From positions 1,170,001 to 1,202,000 of the forward strand of contig OY969931.1 in the NCBI GenBank assembly GCA_963704705.1: a stretch of 32,000 nucleotides of DNA, written 5' to 3'. Below the pieces are notes generated by a model. The model was not told where the DNA came from. It saw only the letters and a list, made by a program, of their open reading frames with translations, and ran no database searches. Below, piece by piece: positions 19,230-28,810 of this stretch; position 1 is the first letter of the stretch, and every line of letters begins with the position of its first letter. The position numbers and the translations under genes were made by a program. Source of the stretch: an uncultured bacterium (GTDB lineage Bacteria; Patescibacteriota; Gracilibacteria; UBA1369; PNNO01).

Positions 19230-19375
19230 GCCTAACAGCAAACTATCCGGTTCAGCCTTTTTTGATGCGCGGCTTTGCACGCGCAAAAGGCTTCACCCAA
19301 CTTTTTTTGCAATGGTGGCGCTGACGCGCTATTATACCATCGCAAAAAAGTTCGTATAGTTTGCGGCCGTTGTGT
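19230..19375 (+). repeat. attC12
   Basis: GCCTAAC-A-GCAAACTAT ... ATAGTTTGC-GGCC-GTTGTGT. Confidence 0.92.
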
Positions 19376-19409
19376 GAAATAAATCTGTCGCCACTTAATC
19401 TAAAAATAT

Positions 19410-19850
19410 ATGGCTAAAGAAGACAAAGAACATTGCATATTCTGCAAAATCATCGCCGGCAAATCACCGGTAAGTATAGTATACGAAGATGATAGAGTTA
19501 TAGTATTCCCTCCACTTCAACCAGTAAACAAAGGCCATCTGCTCGTAATTCCTAAAAAACATGCACCTTATTTAGCCGATATTGATGAAGATACAGCTAT
19601 GTACGTCATGAAAATTGCAAAAAAAATTGCAGCAGGAATAAGAAAATCTAAATTTAAAAGTGAAGGAGTGAATCTGTTCCTCGCAGATGGCGAAGCTGCA
19701 CACCAAGAAGTCTTCCATCTACACCTACATGTTTATCCAAGATATGCCGGCGATGATTTTGACTTCAAATATGATTTAGAAAAACACTTTGTTAAAATGC
19801 AACGCTCTGAGTTAGATGAGGTAGCAAAAGAAATAAAAGATCATTTATAA
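19410..19850 (+). CDS. cassette 13: HIT family hydrolase, copy 1
   Basis: HCIFCKIIAGKSP, HIT motif HLHLHVYPR. Confidence 0.93.
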   Translation: MAKEDKEHCIFCKIIAGKSPVSIVYEDDRVIVFPPLQPVNKGHLLVIPKKHAPYLADIDEDTAMYVMKIAKKIAAGIRKSKFKSEGVNLFLADGEAAHQEVFHLHLHVYPRYAGDDFDFKYDLEKHFVKMQRSELDEVAKEIKDHL

Positions 19851-19873
19851 AAGATTGGCTCCAGATTTACATC

Positions 19874-19997
19874 ACACAACAGCAAACTATCCGGTTCAGC
19901 TCCTTAAAGTCGCTTCACCCAACTTTTTTTGCAACGGTGGCGCTGACGCGCTATTATACCATCGCAAAAAAGTTCGTATAGTTTGCGGACGTTAGAC
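19874..19997 (+). repeat. attC13
   Basis: ACACAAC-A-GCAAACTAT ... ATAGTTTGC-GGAC-GTTAGAC. Confidence 0.92.
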
Positions 19998-20015
19998 GCC
20001 ATTGGGCTTTTTCTT

Positions 20016-20693
20016 TTAAGCGGCTTTCGACAAGGCTTGAAGGACTTTTTGCGAATCTGTTACCCAACCAAAAATCCCACCTTGGGCTTTTATAATTTCT
20101 AAAGCAGAACGGTGGCGATCTTCGTCATAAGCCGCCATACAATCCGCGAGGACAATTGCATTAAATCCACGGTCATTTGCCCCAGAAACCGTAGTTGAAC
20201 AACAAACATCAGTGGTCACACCAGCCACGAGTAAATTTATAATACCCCGCTCTTTCAAAACTGCCTCTAAGTCAGTCTTGTAAAAAGCGTTTTTGCCTGG
20301 TTTATCAATTACAAGTTCATCAGGCAACGGGGCGACTTCATCAATAATTCCGTGACCTTCTTCACCTCGAATTAAAATTCGTCCCATTGGTCCTTGATCT
20401 CCAATACGTCGCCCTTCTGGCCATCGAGTCAGTTTTGTTGCGGGGCAATCACTCAAGTCGGGCAAATGACCTTCTCTTGTATGGATTATAAGCATAGCTC
20501 TTTCTCGAAAAGCTCGAATTATCTTCTGAATTGGTGCAATTGTCCTCGCTAACAAATCAACATCATTTCCCAAGGACTCACCGTATCCACCATGTCGCAA
20601 AAAGTCCTTCTGCATATCAATCACGATCAAAGCAGTTTCCTCGAGTTTTACGTCGATAGGAGTAGGTTCTGCTTGTATGTTTACATTAGTCAT
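20016..20693 (-). CDS. cassette 14: isochorismatase-like cysteine hydrolase, reverse orientation
   Basis: ALIVIDMQKDFL, LLVAGVTTDVCCSTTVSGANDRGF motifs of the isochorismatase-like family. Confidence 0.88.
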   Translation of the reverse strand: MTNVNIQAEPTPIDVKLEETALIVIDMQKDFLRHGGYGESLGNDVDLLARTIAPIQKIIRAFRERAMLIIHTREGHLPDLSDCPATKLTRWPEGRRIGDQGPMGRILIRGEEGHGIIDEVAPLPDELVIDKPGKNAFYKTDLEAVLKERGIINLLVAGVTTDVCCSTTVSGANDRGFNAIVLADCMAAYDEDRHRSALEIIKAQGGIFGWVTDSQKVLQALSKAA

Positions 20694-20774
20694 AAGCCAC
20701 TTAATTAAAAAGAGGGCGAACTATAACATAGAAAAAGAAAAAGCGCAACCAGCTTTCGCTTCGCTTCAGCTGGC

Positions 20775-20912
20775 GCCTAACACGGCATGTGCGGTTCGGG
20801 CTTCTTTTCGGCTGGCTACGCACAGCCTCAAAGCCCTCACCCATATTTGCCACTGCTACCGCTGCGCGATATTATAGCAGTGGCAAACATCGCACATGCC
20901 GGAACGTTATGT
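20775..20912 (+). repeat. attC14
   Basis: GCCTAAC-A-CGGCATGTGCG ... CGCACATGCCG-GAAC-GTTATGT. Confidence 0.9.
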
Positions 20913-20945
20913 GACATCCATTTTTTCTTATTGTAGAATAACGAC

Positions 20946-21510
20946 ATGGAAAAAGAACCAATTACACCGATTGAAATAGTAAAAGCAGATATTAAACTTT
21001 TTGAAAAATATCAAAAAGAAATTTTGGAAATCGAAAGAGAACTTATCGAAAATAGTTCATCAGCATATCTTATTGATGAACAAGATGAGCTCGATTTTAT
21101 GTTAGATGCGTTTAAAAAAGGAGGTTATGCTTATTTAGTAATGGAAAATGAAAAAGTTACTGGGTTTTTAGTTGTTGGGCCACTCGATGATGGGACTGAA
21201 TTGCCTGAAACAGATACTCAAAATTATCCAATTGCAAATTGCCTTCATATCAAAGTAATGTACATAAAAAATACAAGCAAAGGAATTGGTAGTGAAATGA
21301 TGGAAAAATTAATTCAAGAACTAGATAAAGAACAATGGAAATATTTATTTGTAAGAACTTGGATTGATCCACCAAATGAAGGAGCATTAATTTTTATACA
21401 AATCGAGCTGGCTTTGAAGCTGTTCCAAATGCAATAGTTGAATCAACAAAAAGAAAATTGAATGGAAGTGGAACACTCCAAATAAAAAGACAATATTTTT
21501 CAAAAAGGAT
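20946..21510 (+). pseudogene. cassette 15: GNAT-like acetyltransferase, copy 1, frameshifted
   Basis: 163-aa ORF diverges from the 189-aa intact copy (30259-30828) at GGAGCATTAATTTTTA versus GGAGCTATTAATTTTTA (1-nt deletion). Confidence 0.8.
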
Positions 21511-21528
21511 ATAGAAAAAATGGACATC

Positions 21529-21684
21529 ACATAACAGGCGCATTAACGGTTCGGGTTTTTTTTGTCGGGCGGCCTAAAGCACGCCCAAAAATCCCTCACC
21601 CAACTTTTTTAACGGTGGTGACATGCCTTGCGGCATGTTATTATGCCACCGTCAAAAAGTTCGCTAATGCGCCGGACGTTAGGC
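21529..21684 (+). repeat. attC15
   Basis: ACATAAC-A-GGCGCATTA ... TAATGCGCC-GGAC-GTTAGGC. Confidence 0.92.
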
Positions 21685-21706
21685 GGCATCTCTTAATCAA
21701 TCTATT

Positions 21707-21928
21707 ATGAAATTATATACAAAAATATTGTTAGCATTATTTATTGGAATAGTTCTCACCTTACTTTCAATATCATATAAATCATCTTATGAATTTCATG
21801 TACTTGAATACAGTAGTTATGAAACACGACCTTCCTGGGGATTCCCTTTGCAGTATGTATACGATAATGATGTTAGCTCACCAGTAATGTCAATGAATAA
21901 GAAGATACATTCATTTTTACATATATGA
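21707..21928 (+). pseudogene. cassette 16: small membrane protein, probably frameshifted at its C-terminus
   Basis: MKLYTKILLALFIGIVLTLLSISYKSS...; TM-like sequence continues in another frame to the attC; related degraded copy near 28811. Confidence 0.5.
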
Positions 21929-21995
21929 TTGGGGATGTATTAATTTACTCATTTTTGGCTTTCATACCATTTTTAATATTTAAAAAAAGAGACAC

Positions 21996-22114
21996 CGCCT
22001 AACAGCAAACTATCCGGTTCCGCTCCTTGCAGTCGCTACACCCAACTTTGCCAGTGGTGGCGCTTCGCGCTATTATACCACTGTCAAAGTTCGTATAGTT
22101 TGCGGACGTTGTGC
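21996..22114 (+). repeat. attC16
   Basis: GCCTAAC-A-GCAAACTAT ... ATAGTTTGC-GGAC-GTTGTGC. Confidence 0.92.
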
Positions 22115-22208
22115 GCCATTTTCGTTATTCTTTTGTTAATTATTTTACCCTTGACGCGGCAGACGTATTATGCTTTTATTAACTCCTTAATTCTTAATAT
22201 AATTAATT

Positions 22209-22448
22209 ATGAAGATTACTGAGAATTGGTCTGATGGGCACCATGAAACTGAAAAAGGAGAAGTCATGACATATAATTTTAATATACGAATTGTATAGTC
22301 TGCACCGTCAAGTATAGGACAAATAAAAAAGCGTGAAAGTAATTTGGTTGTTCAACAATGCGAATTACGACAAGCAATCTCCGAAGGTAGACTTGATGAT
22401 GCTTTAACAATTGGAACTAATGTTGAAGACGCTTTTGCAAAAAGATAG
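22209..22448 (+). pseudogene. cassette 17: 80-codon ORF interrupted by one in-frame TAG
   Basis: MKITENWSDGHHETEKGEVMTYNFNIRIV-TAG(22296-22298)-SAPSSIGQIKKRESNLVVQQCELRQAISEGRLDDALTIGTNVEDAFAKR, same frame either side. Confidence 0.55.
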
Positions 22449-22572
22449 AAAGAAACCTGAGTGTAATGCGTTTAATCATCTAAAAGTATTACGAGCAGGT
22501 ATACGGGGAAAAATAGAGCAACTAAAAACCGAAGAAAGAACTATTTAGCTATCAAAAAATAACGAAAACTGC

Positions 22573-22696
22573 GCACAACAGCAAACTATCCGGTTCAGCT
22601 CCCTTCGCTCGCTTCACCCAACTTTTTTTGCAATGGTCGCGCTATCGCGCTATTATACCATCGCAAAAAAGTTCGTATAGTTTGCAGACGTTAGGC
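22573..22696 (+). repeat. attC17
   Basis: GCACAAC-A-GCAAACTAT ... ATAGTTTGC-AGAC-GTTAGGC. Confidence 0.92.
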
Positions 22697-22734
22697 GAAA
22701 TGGCGACAACTAACAACAACATTTAAGATAATTT

Positions 22735-23229
22735 ATGACAATTTTTTTCGACATCCATCAAAACAAAGTTGAATTACCCCCGAATGAAAAAATTTTTTGG
22801 CGTATTTCTTCATACACAATCGTAGAACACAAAGGTAAAATTTTGGTTCTCAAACCACAATATGACACAAGTAAGTGGATTCTTCCTGGAGGTGGCATCG
22901 AAACAAATGAATCCATTGCTCAAGGGATAGAGAGAGAGTGCTATGAAGAAACTGGCTACAAAATCAAAGTCGATGCCACTCATCCTATTCACGTAGGAGA
23001 ATCAAACCTTTACCTAGAAAATGAGAAAAAATTTTTTCATTCTCTCAACTTCATATATGAAGCAAAACTATTAAGTGAAGACCAAAATAAAAAAATGATC
23101 AATTCAATAGAAACCGAAGAAGTAGAAAAAGTAGATTGGATTCCATTAGAAGAAATAAATGAAAAAAATTGTCACCACATCATGTATCCAGCAATTGAAA
23201 ATTATAAAAAGTGTCGCCACATCGCCTAA
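22735..23229 (+). CDS. cassette 18: Nudix hydrolase
   Basis: Complete Nudix box GGIETNESIAQGIERECYEETGY (Gx5Ex7REUxEExGU). Stop codon lies inside the attC18 R'' box. Confidence 0.93.
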   Translation: MTIFFDIHQNKVELPPNEKIFWRISSYTIVEHKGKILVLKPQYDTSKWILPGGGIETNESIAQGIERECYEETGYKIKVDATHPIHVGESNLYLENEKKFFHSLNFIYEAKLLSEDQNKKMINSIETEEVEKVDWIPLEEINEKNCHHIMYPAIENYKKCRHIA

Positions 23230-23343
23230 CACAGAATATGCGGTTTCGCTCCCGTTGGTCGCTACACCCATATTTGCTGGTGGTGGCTCACTTCGTTCGC
23301 TATTATACCACCAGCAAACATCGCATATTCTGGAACGTTGTGT
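23224..23343 (+). repeat. attC18
   Basis: GCCTAAC-A-CAGAATATGCG ... CGCATATTCTG-GAAC-GTTGTGT. Confidence 0.9.
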
Positions 23344-23377
23344 GAAATAAATCTGTCGCCACTTAATCTAAAAATAT

Positions 23378-23818
23378 ATGGCTAAAGAAGACAAAGAACA
23401 TTGCATATTCTGCAAAATCATCGCCGGCAAATCACCGGTAAGTATAGTATACGAAGATGATAGAGTTATAGTATTCCCTCCACTTCAACCAGTAAACAAA
23501 GGCCATCTGCTCGTAATTCCTAAAAAACATGCACCTTATTTAGCCGATATTGATGAAGATACAGCTATGTACGTCATGAAAATTGCAAAAAAAATTGCAG
23601 CAGGAATAAGAAAATCTAAATTTAAAAGTGAAGGAGTGAATCTGTTCCTCGCAGATGGCGAAGCTGCACACCAAGAAGTCTTCCATCTACACCTACATGT
23701 TTATCCAAGATATGCCGGCGATGATTTTGACTTCAAATATGATTTAGAAAAACACTTTGTTAAAATGCAACGCTCTGAGTTAGATGAGGTAGCAAAAGAA
23801 ATAAAAGATCATTTATAA
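23378..23818 (+). CDS. cassette 19: HIT family hydrolase, copy 2
   Basis: Protein identical to 19410-19850; cassette length identical (622 bp). Confidence 0.93.
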   Translation: MAKEDKEHCIFCKIIAGKSPVSIVYEDDRVIVFPPLQPVNKGHLLVIPKKHAPYLADIDEDTAMYVMKIAKKIAAGIRKSKFKSEGVNLFLADGEAAHQEVFHLHLHVYPRYAGDDFDFKYDLEKHFVKMQRSELDEVAKEIKDHL

Positions 23819-23841
23819 AAGATTGGCTCCAGATTTACATC

Positions 23842-23965
23842 ACACAACAGCAAACTATCCGGTTCAGCTCCTTAAAGTCGCTTCACCCAACTTTTTTTGC
23901 AATGGTGGCGCTGACGCGCTATTATACCATCGCAAAAAAGTTCGTATAGTTTGCGGACGTTGTAC
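23842..23965 (+). repeat. attC19
   Basis: ACACAAC-A-GCAAACTAT ... ATAGTTTGC-GGAC-GTTGTAC. Confidence 0.92.
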
Positions 23966-24027
23966 GCCATATTTTTTTGTGCTAGTATCATATCTTATTA
24001 AATTGAATCCAACTAATAACTATACAA

Positions 24028-24369
24028 ATGAAATTAAGAAGCAATCCAAAGGGAGATCCGGAGCTGCCTATGCCTTACATCGAAGGGCTGACAGTTGATG
24101 AGGCAATTCCAGTTATTATTGCTGTGCTAGAAAAAATTGATAACCGAGATGAGCCAGTAATTTATGGCATGCAAGGTATTAACACCGTCAACCAACTTAT
24201 AAAAGCAATCCGAACTAAATCACCACAAGGACTAGAAATGCTCTCTCTCTGGAGACGCGCTGAAGCTCGTATAAAAGAGCGAGAAGGTCAAAAAGATGGC
24301 AGCCCTTCGTTCCTTAGCGAATTAAGGAATAAATTAGGAGATGCTCTAAAAAAAATAACAGGCAGATAA
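24028..24369 (+). CDS. cassette 20: hypothetical protein (113 aa)
   Basis: ORF filling the cassette. Confidence 0.75.
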   Translation: MKLRSNPKGDPELPMPYIEGLTVDEAIPVIIAVLEKIDNRDEPVIYGMQGINTVNQLIKAIRTKSPQGLEMLSLWRRAEARIKEREGQKDGSPSFLSELRNKLGDALKKITGR

Positions 24370-24405
24370 AAGCACAAAAAATACACTCTCACTTCGTTCG
24401 TTGGC

Positions 24406-24557
24406 GTACAACAGGCGCATTAACGGTTCGGCTTTTTTTGCGGCTGGCTTCGCACAGCCAAAAATCCCTCACCCAACTTTTTTAACGGTGGTGGCATGTC
24501 TGGCGACATGATATTATACCACCGTCAAAAAGTTCGTTAATGCGCCGGACGTTAGGC
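24406..24557 (+). repeat. attC20
   Basis: GTACAAC-A-GGCGCATTA ... TAATGCGCC-GGAC-GTTAGGC. Confidence 0.92.
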
Positions 24558-24754
24558 GACATATTTTTGAAAAATTTGATTTTAAAATGTTTTTGGTGAG
24601 CTTTAAGAAATAAGGAATTTGATTTTTTTAATTTTTAAAGAGGGGGGGGGGTAAAAGGTGTTTTCTCCGCTATCGCTCCAAAAACGAATTTTAATTGGAA
24701 AAAAGCAAAAAGTTTTATATACTTAAATTAGTTTTAACTTATTAAAGAGGTAAT

Positions 24755-27082
24755 ATGGCAAACGAAAGAAAAACCGAAATAATCACAAGAGACCATTTTT
24801 CCAAATTTTTGGATTCTATTTATATTGAAGAACAACGCTCAGATAATCCAAAAATTGATAAGTTGTTAAAATCTGCCTCAAAAAAAGGCGGTGGAAAAGG
24901 TTATCCAGAATTTATCATCAGCTACAAAACTAATCCTGATTTACTGATTGTTATTGAATGTAAAGCAGATGTAACAAAACACGAAAGCAAAGATCACGAT
25001 AAATATTCAGAGTTTGCTGTTGATGGTGCTTTACTTTATGCCTCTTATTTATCAAAGGGCTTTGATGTTTTAGCAATTGCAGTTAGCGGAGAAACAAAGC
25101 AGTCTCTAAAAATTTCTCATTTTTTACATTTGAGAGACGAGAAAAAAGCAACTCCAATTTTTAGCGATAAATTTTTGTCAGTTGACGATTATTTAAACGG
25201 ATATTTGAAAAGCCCTGAAAAATTTAGACAAGATTATAATTCGCTTTTAGATTTCACAAAACAACTTAATGAAAAATTGCATGGTTATAAAATTCTTGAG
25301 AGCCAAAGGAGTTTGCTTATTAGTTCAATTTTAATTGCCTTAGAAAATGTTGCTTTCAAAAGATCATATGCTTCGCACAAAAAAGCTGAAAATCTTGCAG
25401 TTTCTCTAATTCAAACAGTTTCCGATGAATTGGAAAGTGCAAACATCACAGGGAAGAAACTTGAAAACTTGAATACTCAATTCAGCTTTATTAAAACGGA
25501 TACATCTTTATCAAAAAAAGAAAATGTTTTGAAAGAAATTATTGATGAAATTGACGAAAATATAAATGCTTTTATCAAAACTCACAGATATTTTGACGTA
25601 TTGGGACAGCTTTATATTGAATTTTTGAGATACGCAAATAGTGACAAGGGGCTAGGAATTGTTTTAACGCCCCCGCACATCACAGAGCTTTTTGCGGACT
25701 TAGCACAAGTCAATAAAAACTCTATCGCTTATGACAATTGTACGGGAACAGGCGGGTTTTTGATTAGTGCAATGAAAAAAATGATAGCAGACGCAAAAGG
25801 CGATGAATCAAAAATCAAAGAAATAAAATCAAAACAGCTTATCGGAACGGAATATCAATCGCATATTTTTGCTTTGGCGGTTTCAAACATGTACATTCAC
25901 CAAGACGGAAAAACAAATATCATAAATGGCAGTTGTTTTGATGAGGAAATTATTGAAGATGTAAAAACTAAAAAACCAACAGTTGGTTTTTTGAATCCTC
26001 CCTACAAAGACAAAAAGGGAGATACTGAAGAGTTAGAATTCGTGCTTAATAATTTAGAATGTTTAGTTGATGGTGGCGTATGCGTGGCTATAATTCCACT
26101 AAGTTCAGTCATTGCACAAAATGGCATTAAGCTTCAGCTAAAAGAAAAACTACTACAAAATCATACATTAGAAGCCGTCTTGTCAATGCCAGAAGATCTT
26201 TTCCATAATTCAAAAGTTTCGCCTGTTTCTGTCGTTGTTGTCTTTACCGCCCATAAACCACATCCTGTGGGTAAAAAAACATGGTTAGGCTATTTTAGAA
26301 ATGATAATTTTGTAAAAACCAAAGACAAAGGACGTATAGACTTATTGGGAACATGGGAAGAAATAAAAAAAGAATGGCTTACATTATATTTTAATAGAGA
26401 AACAAAAAAAGACATAAGTTTGACGAGAGAATTAAAACCACAAGATGAGTGGTGCATAGAGGCATATTTAACATATGATTATAGTAAAATTACTGAGTAT
26501 AAACTTAAAGATAAAATACAAAAATATTTAGCATTTCGCTTACTTCACGATTTACTTGATTTTAAAATTGATAAACCAAATAAACTTAAAAATGATAACA
26601 AAGTAGTTCCATTGCATGAGATTTTTGATGTAAAAAATGGATTAGCATCTTCAAATGTAGAGGTATTAGAATCTCCTGAAAGTCCTTCTGATATTAGATA
26701 TATTAGACCATCTCAAACTTACGAAGGAAGTATTGCTGGATACGTAGATAAGACATTTATAGACGATAAATACATTTATCCTGACAATACGCTATATGTT
26801 TCTACAGATGGGCAAGGAAGTCATACCTATTCGTATGTTTCATCTTTTGAATTTATCCCAAACAGCAATGTTTCTGTGTTAATGCCTAAAAGAGAAATGT
26901 CCGTACAAGAAAAAATATATTATGCACTTTGCATTTCAAGCAATAGATACAAGTTTTCTTATGGCAGAAAGCCTAAAGGCGATAGATTAAAAGATATATT
27001 TTTACCTTTGTATCCGCCTGAATATGTTCACGGTGATATTTTTAATGAAATCTTTGATAATTGGAAAAAAATAGTAAAATAA
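24755..27082 (+). CDS. cassette 21: single-chain (type IIG-like) restriction enzyme/N6-adenine DNA methyltransferase
   Basis: 775 aa; N-terminal PD-(D/E)XK-like PEFIISYKTNPDLLIVIECKAD; methyltransferase motif I region DNCTGTGGFLISAM and motif IV NPPY; C-terminal region resembling a specificity domain. Confidence 0.88.
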   Translation: MANERKTEIITRDHFSKFLDSIYIEEQRSDNPKIDKLLKSASKKGGGKGYPEFIISYKTNPDLLIVIECKADVTKHESKDHDKYSEFAVDGALLYASYLSKGFDVLAIAVSGETKQSLKISHFLHLRDEKKATPIFSDKFLSVDDYLNGYLKSPEKFRQDYNSLLDFTKQLNEKLHGYKILESQRSLLISSILIALENVAFKRSYASHKKAENLAVSLIQTVSDELESANITGKKLENLNTQFSFIKTDTSLSKKENVLKEIIDEIDENINAFIKTHRYFDVLGQLYIEFLRYANSDKGLGIVLTPPHITELFADLAQVNKNSIAYDNCTGTGGFLISAMKKMIADAKGDESKIKEIKSKQLIGTEYQSHIFALAVSNMYIHQDGKTNIINGSCFDEEIIEDVKTKKPTVGFLNPPYKDKKGDTEELEFVLNNLECLVDGGVCVAIIPLSSVIAQNGIKLQLKEKLLQNHTLEAVLSMPEDLFHNSKVSPVSVVVVFTAHKPHPVGKKTWLGYFRNDNFVKTKDKGRIDLLGTWEEIKKEWLTLYFNRETKKDISLTRELKPQDEWCIEAYLTYDYSKITEYKLKDKIQKYLAFRLLHDLLDFKIDKPNKLKNDNKVVPLHEIFDVKNGLASSNVEVLESPESPSDIRYIRPSQTYEGSIAGYVDKTFIDDKYIYPDNTLYVSTDGQGSHTYSYVSSFEFIPNSNVSVLMPKREMSVQEKIYYALCISSNRYKFSYGRKPKGDRLKDIFLPLYPPEYVHGDIFNEIFDNWKKIVK

Positions 27083-27085
27083 GGA

Positions 27086-27134
27086 GTTTTGAAAAATGGA
27101 ATTCACCCCCAGCCCCTCTTCCATTTTTCAAAAC
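27086..27134 (+). terminator. perfect 14-bp inverted repeat downstream of the RM gene
   Basis: GTTTTGAAAAATGG (27086-27099) / CCATTTTTCAAAAC (27121-27134), 21-nt loop. Confidence 0.5.
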
Positions 27135-27249
27135 AAAAAAATCAAATACAATAATAAAAAGCCCACCAAAAACGGAATAATATGGATAAATTTTTCAAAA
27201 ATACGCAAGGCACGTTGCACTCTCACTCCGCTATCGCTCCGTTCGGCTC

Positions 27250-27347
27250 GCCTAACACAGTATATGCGGTTCGCTCGTTGCACTTCGCTCTCCCATATTT
27301 TGCTCCGTTTCACTCCGCAAAACATCGCATATACTGAAACGTTGTAG
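27250..27347 (+). repeat. attC21 (shortest, 98 bp)
   Basis: GCCTAAC-A-CAGTATATGCG ... CGCATATACTG-AAAC-GTTGTAG. Confidence 0.88.
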
Positions 27348-27394
27348 AAAGCCACTTTTCCTATAAACTAATGATCTAATAATTAACTAATAAA

Positions 27395-27571
27395 ATGATG
27401 CCAAAAATCGAAACTTATTCAGATAATGAAGGAAACTCAATTACTATTGAAGAAGGGCCTGATGGCGTAAATGTTTCTGCAAGCATAAAAACAAAACCAC
27501 CATACTCAGGTGGAGCAAATGCTTCAGCTGCTAGAAGTTACGCTCAAAAAAATGGGCTCAAAAAAGAATAA
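27395..27571 (+). CDS. cassette 22: small protein (58 aa)
   Basis: MMPKIETYSDNEGNSITIEEGPDGVNVSASIKTKPPYSGGANASAARSYAQKNGLKKE; only ORF filling this cassette (below the supplied track threshold). Confidence 0.6.
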   Translation: MMPKIETYSDNEGNSITIEEGPDGVNVSASIKTKPPYSGGANASAARSYAQKNGLKKE

Positions 27572-27585
27572 TAAAAGTGGCCATC

Positions 27586-27737
27586 GTACAACAGGCGCAT
27601 TAACGGTTCGGGCTTTTTCTCGCCTGGCTTCGCACAGCCAAAAATCCCTCACCCAAGTTTTTTAACGGTGGTGGCACGTCTGGCGACGTGATATTATACC
27701 ACCGTCAAAAACTTCGCTAATGCGCCGAACGTTATAT
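27586..27737 (+). repeat. attC22
   Basis: GTACAAC-A-GGCGCATTA ... TAATGCGCC-GAAC-GTTATAT. Confidence 0.92.
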
Positions 27738-27823
27738 GAAATACATTTTCCTTCTAAACTGAAAATTGGCTTATTCATAAAGAAAAGAATTTGATTTTTC
27801 TTTTTTTTGATAGAGGGGGGAAA

Positions 27824-28474
27824 TTATTGCTCTTCAATCAAACTTTTTAGCTCATCTAATCGATCAACTTCATTAGCCTGAGAGGCAGCATATTCAAGGC
27901 AAGCTACAAATTTGTCCTTACTCATTGGTCCTTTACCACGAATAAAGTTCGAAAGTTGTCCAGCATTAACATTGCATGCAGCTGCTAGTTTTCTAAGGCC
28001 TTGTACAACTCCCATCTTAATAGCTATATGAAGTGCTTTTGCTATAAATTCACGAAATTTATCTTCGCTAGAAAATTCACTATTTTCAATTAATTTAAGA
28101 AAATTAAGCATTCCAGAATATTCTTCTCTTAAAATAATATTCTCAATTTTCGCTGGAATACGTTCATTCAAGTTACGCACAAGCACATCTACATAATTTG
28201 CTAAATTATCCTTGTCCGGATCATTATCAGCAATTTCATGCTGTGCACTGAGAATGTTTCTCACGCCTAAAGCAACTTGCTCAAGCAGAGGTAATAATTG
28301 TGGAAATAGTTTAATAACTTGAGGATTTAAAACCACAACTTCATCGCTTCTTCTTTCAAAAAATTGACTCAAATTTAGATCCCCAATCGTTTGCAATGTT
28401 GGAGCTTCTTTTACTATTCCCTCAGGAGTTTCAGGAAACAAATCTCTTGTATCTAACCCTTTTCCTTTCGCCAT
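27824..28474 (-). CDS. cassette 23: HTH-domain regulator-like protein, reverse orientation (216 aa)
   Basis: C-terminal HTH-like LRKLAAACNVNAGQLSNFIRGKGPMSKDKF. Confidence 0.7.
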   Translation of the reverse strand: MAKGKGLDTRDLFPETPEGIVKEAPTLQTIGDLNLSQFFERRSDEVVVLNPQVIKLFPQLLPLLEQVALGVRNILSAQHEIADNDPDKDNLANYVDVLVRNLNERIPAKIENIILREEYSGMLNFLKLIENSEFSSEDKFREFIAKALHIAIKMGVVQGLRKLAAACNVNAGQLSNFIRGKGPMSKDKFVACLEYAASQANEVDRLDELKSLIEEQ

Positions 28475-28671
28475 AACGAAAATATTTTAATAATGGAATA
28501 ATATTATACATAGCAGTTTATTTTTGTCAATATACTGTGCAACTTTTATTTCTAAGGTGTTTAGGCTCGGCACATTCACCCCCTAGCCCCCTCTGCGCCT
28601 CGCCCAAACAAAAAAATCAAATTCATTCTAATAAAAAACAGGATTTTTCGCGATTTATAAAAATGTTCTTC

Positions 28672-28793
28672 ATATAACAGGTGTATGTTCGGCTACACTC
28701 GCTTAGCTCGTTTCGCCCATATTTTTGCAAGTGGTTCCGCTTCGCGTTATTATACCACTTGCAAAAACATCGTACATACACCGGACGTTAGGC
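28672..28793 (+). repeat. attC23
   Basis: ATATAAC-A-GGTGTATGT ... ACATACACC-GGAC-GTTAGGC. Confidence 0.9.
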
Positions 28794-28810
28794 GCATCTC
28801 TTAATCAATC

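Noticed and set aside
23823-24098. 91-aa ORF crossing attC19 and the start of cassette 20
   Set aside because: Mostly attC sequence and overlaps the better-supported ORF at 24028.
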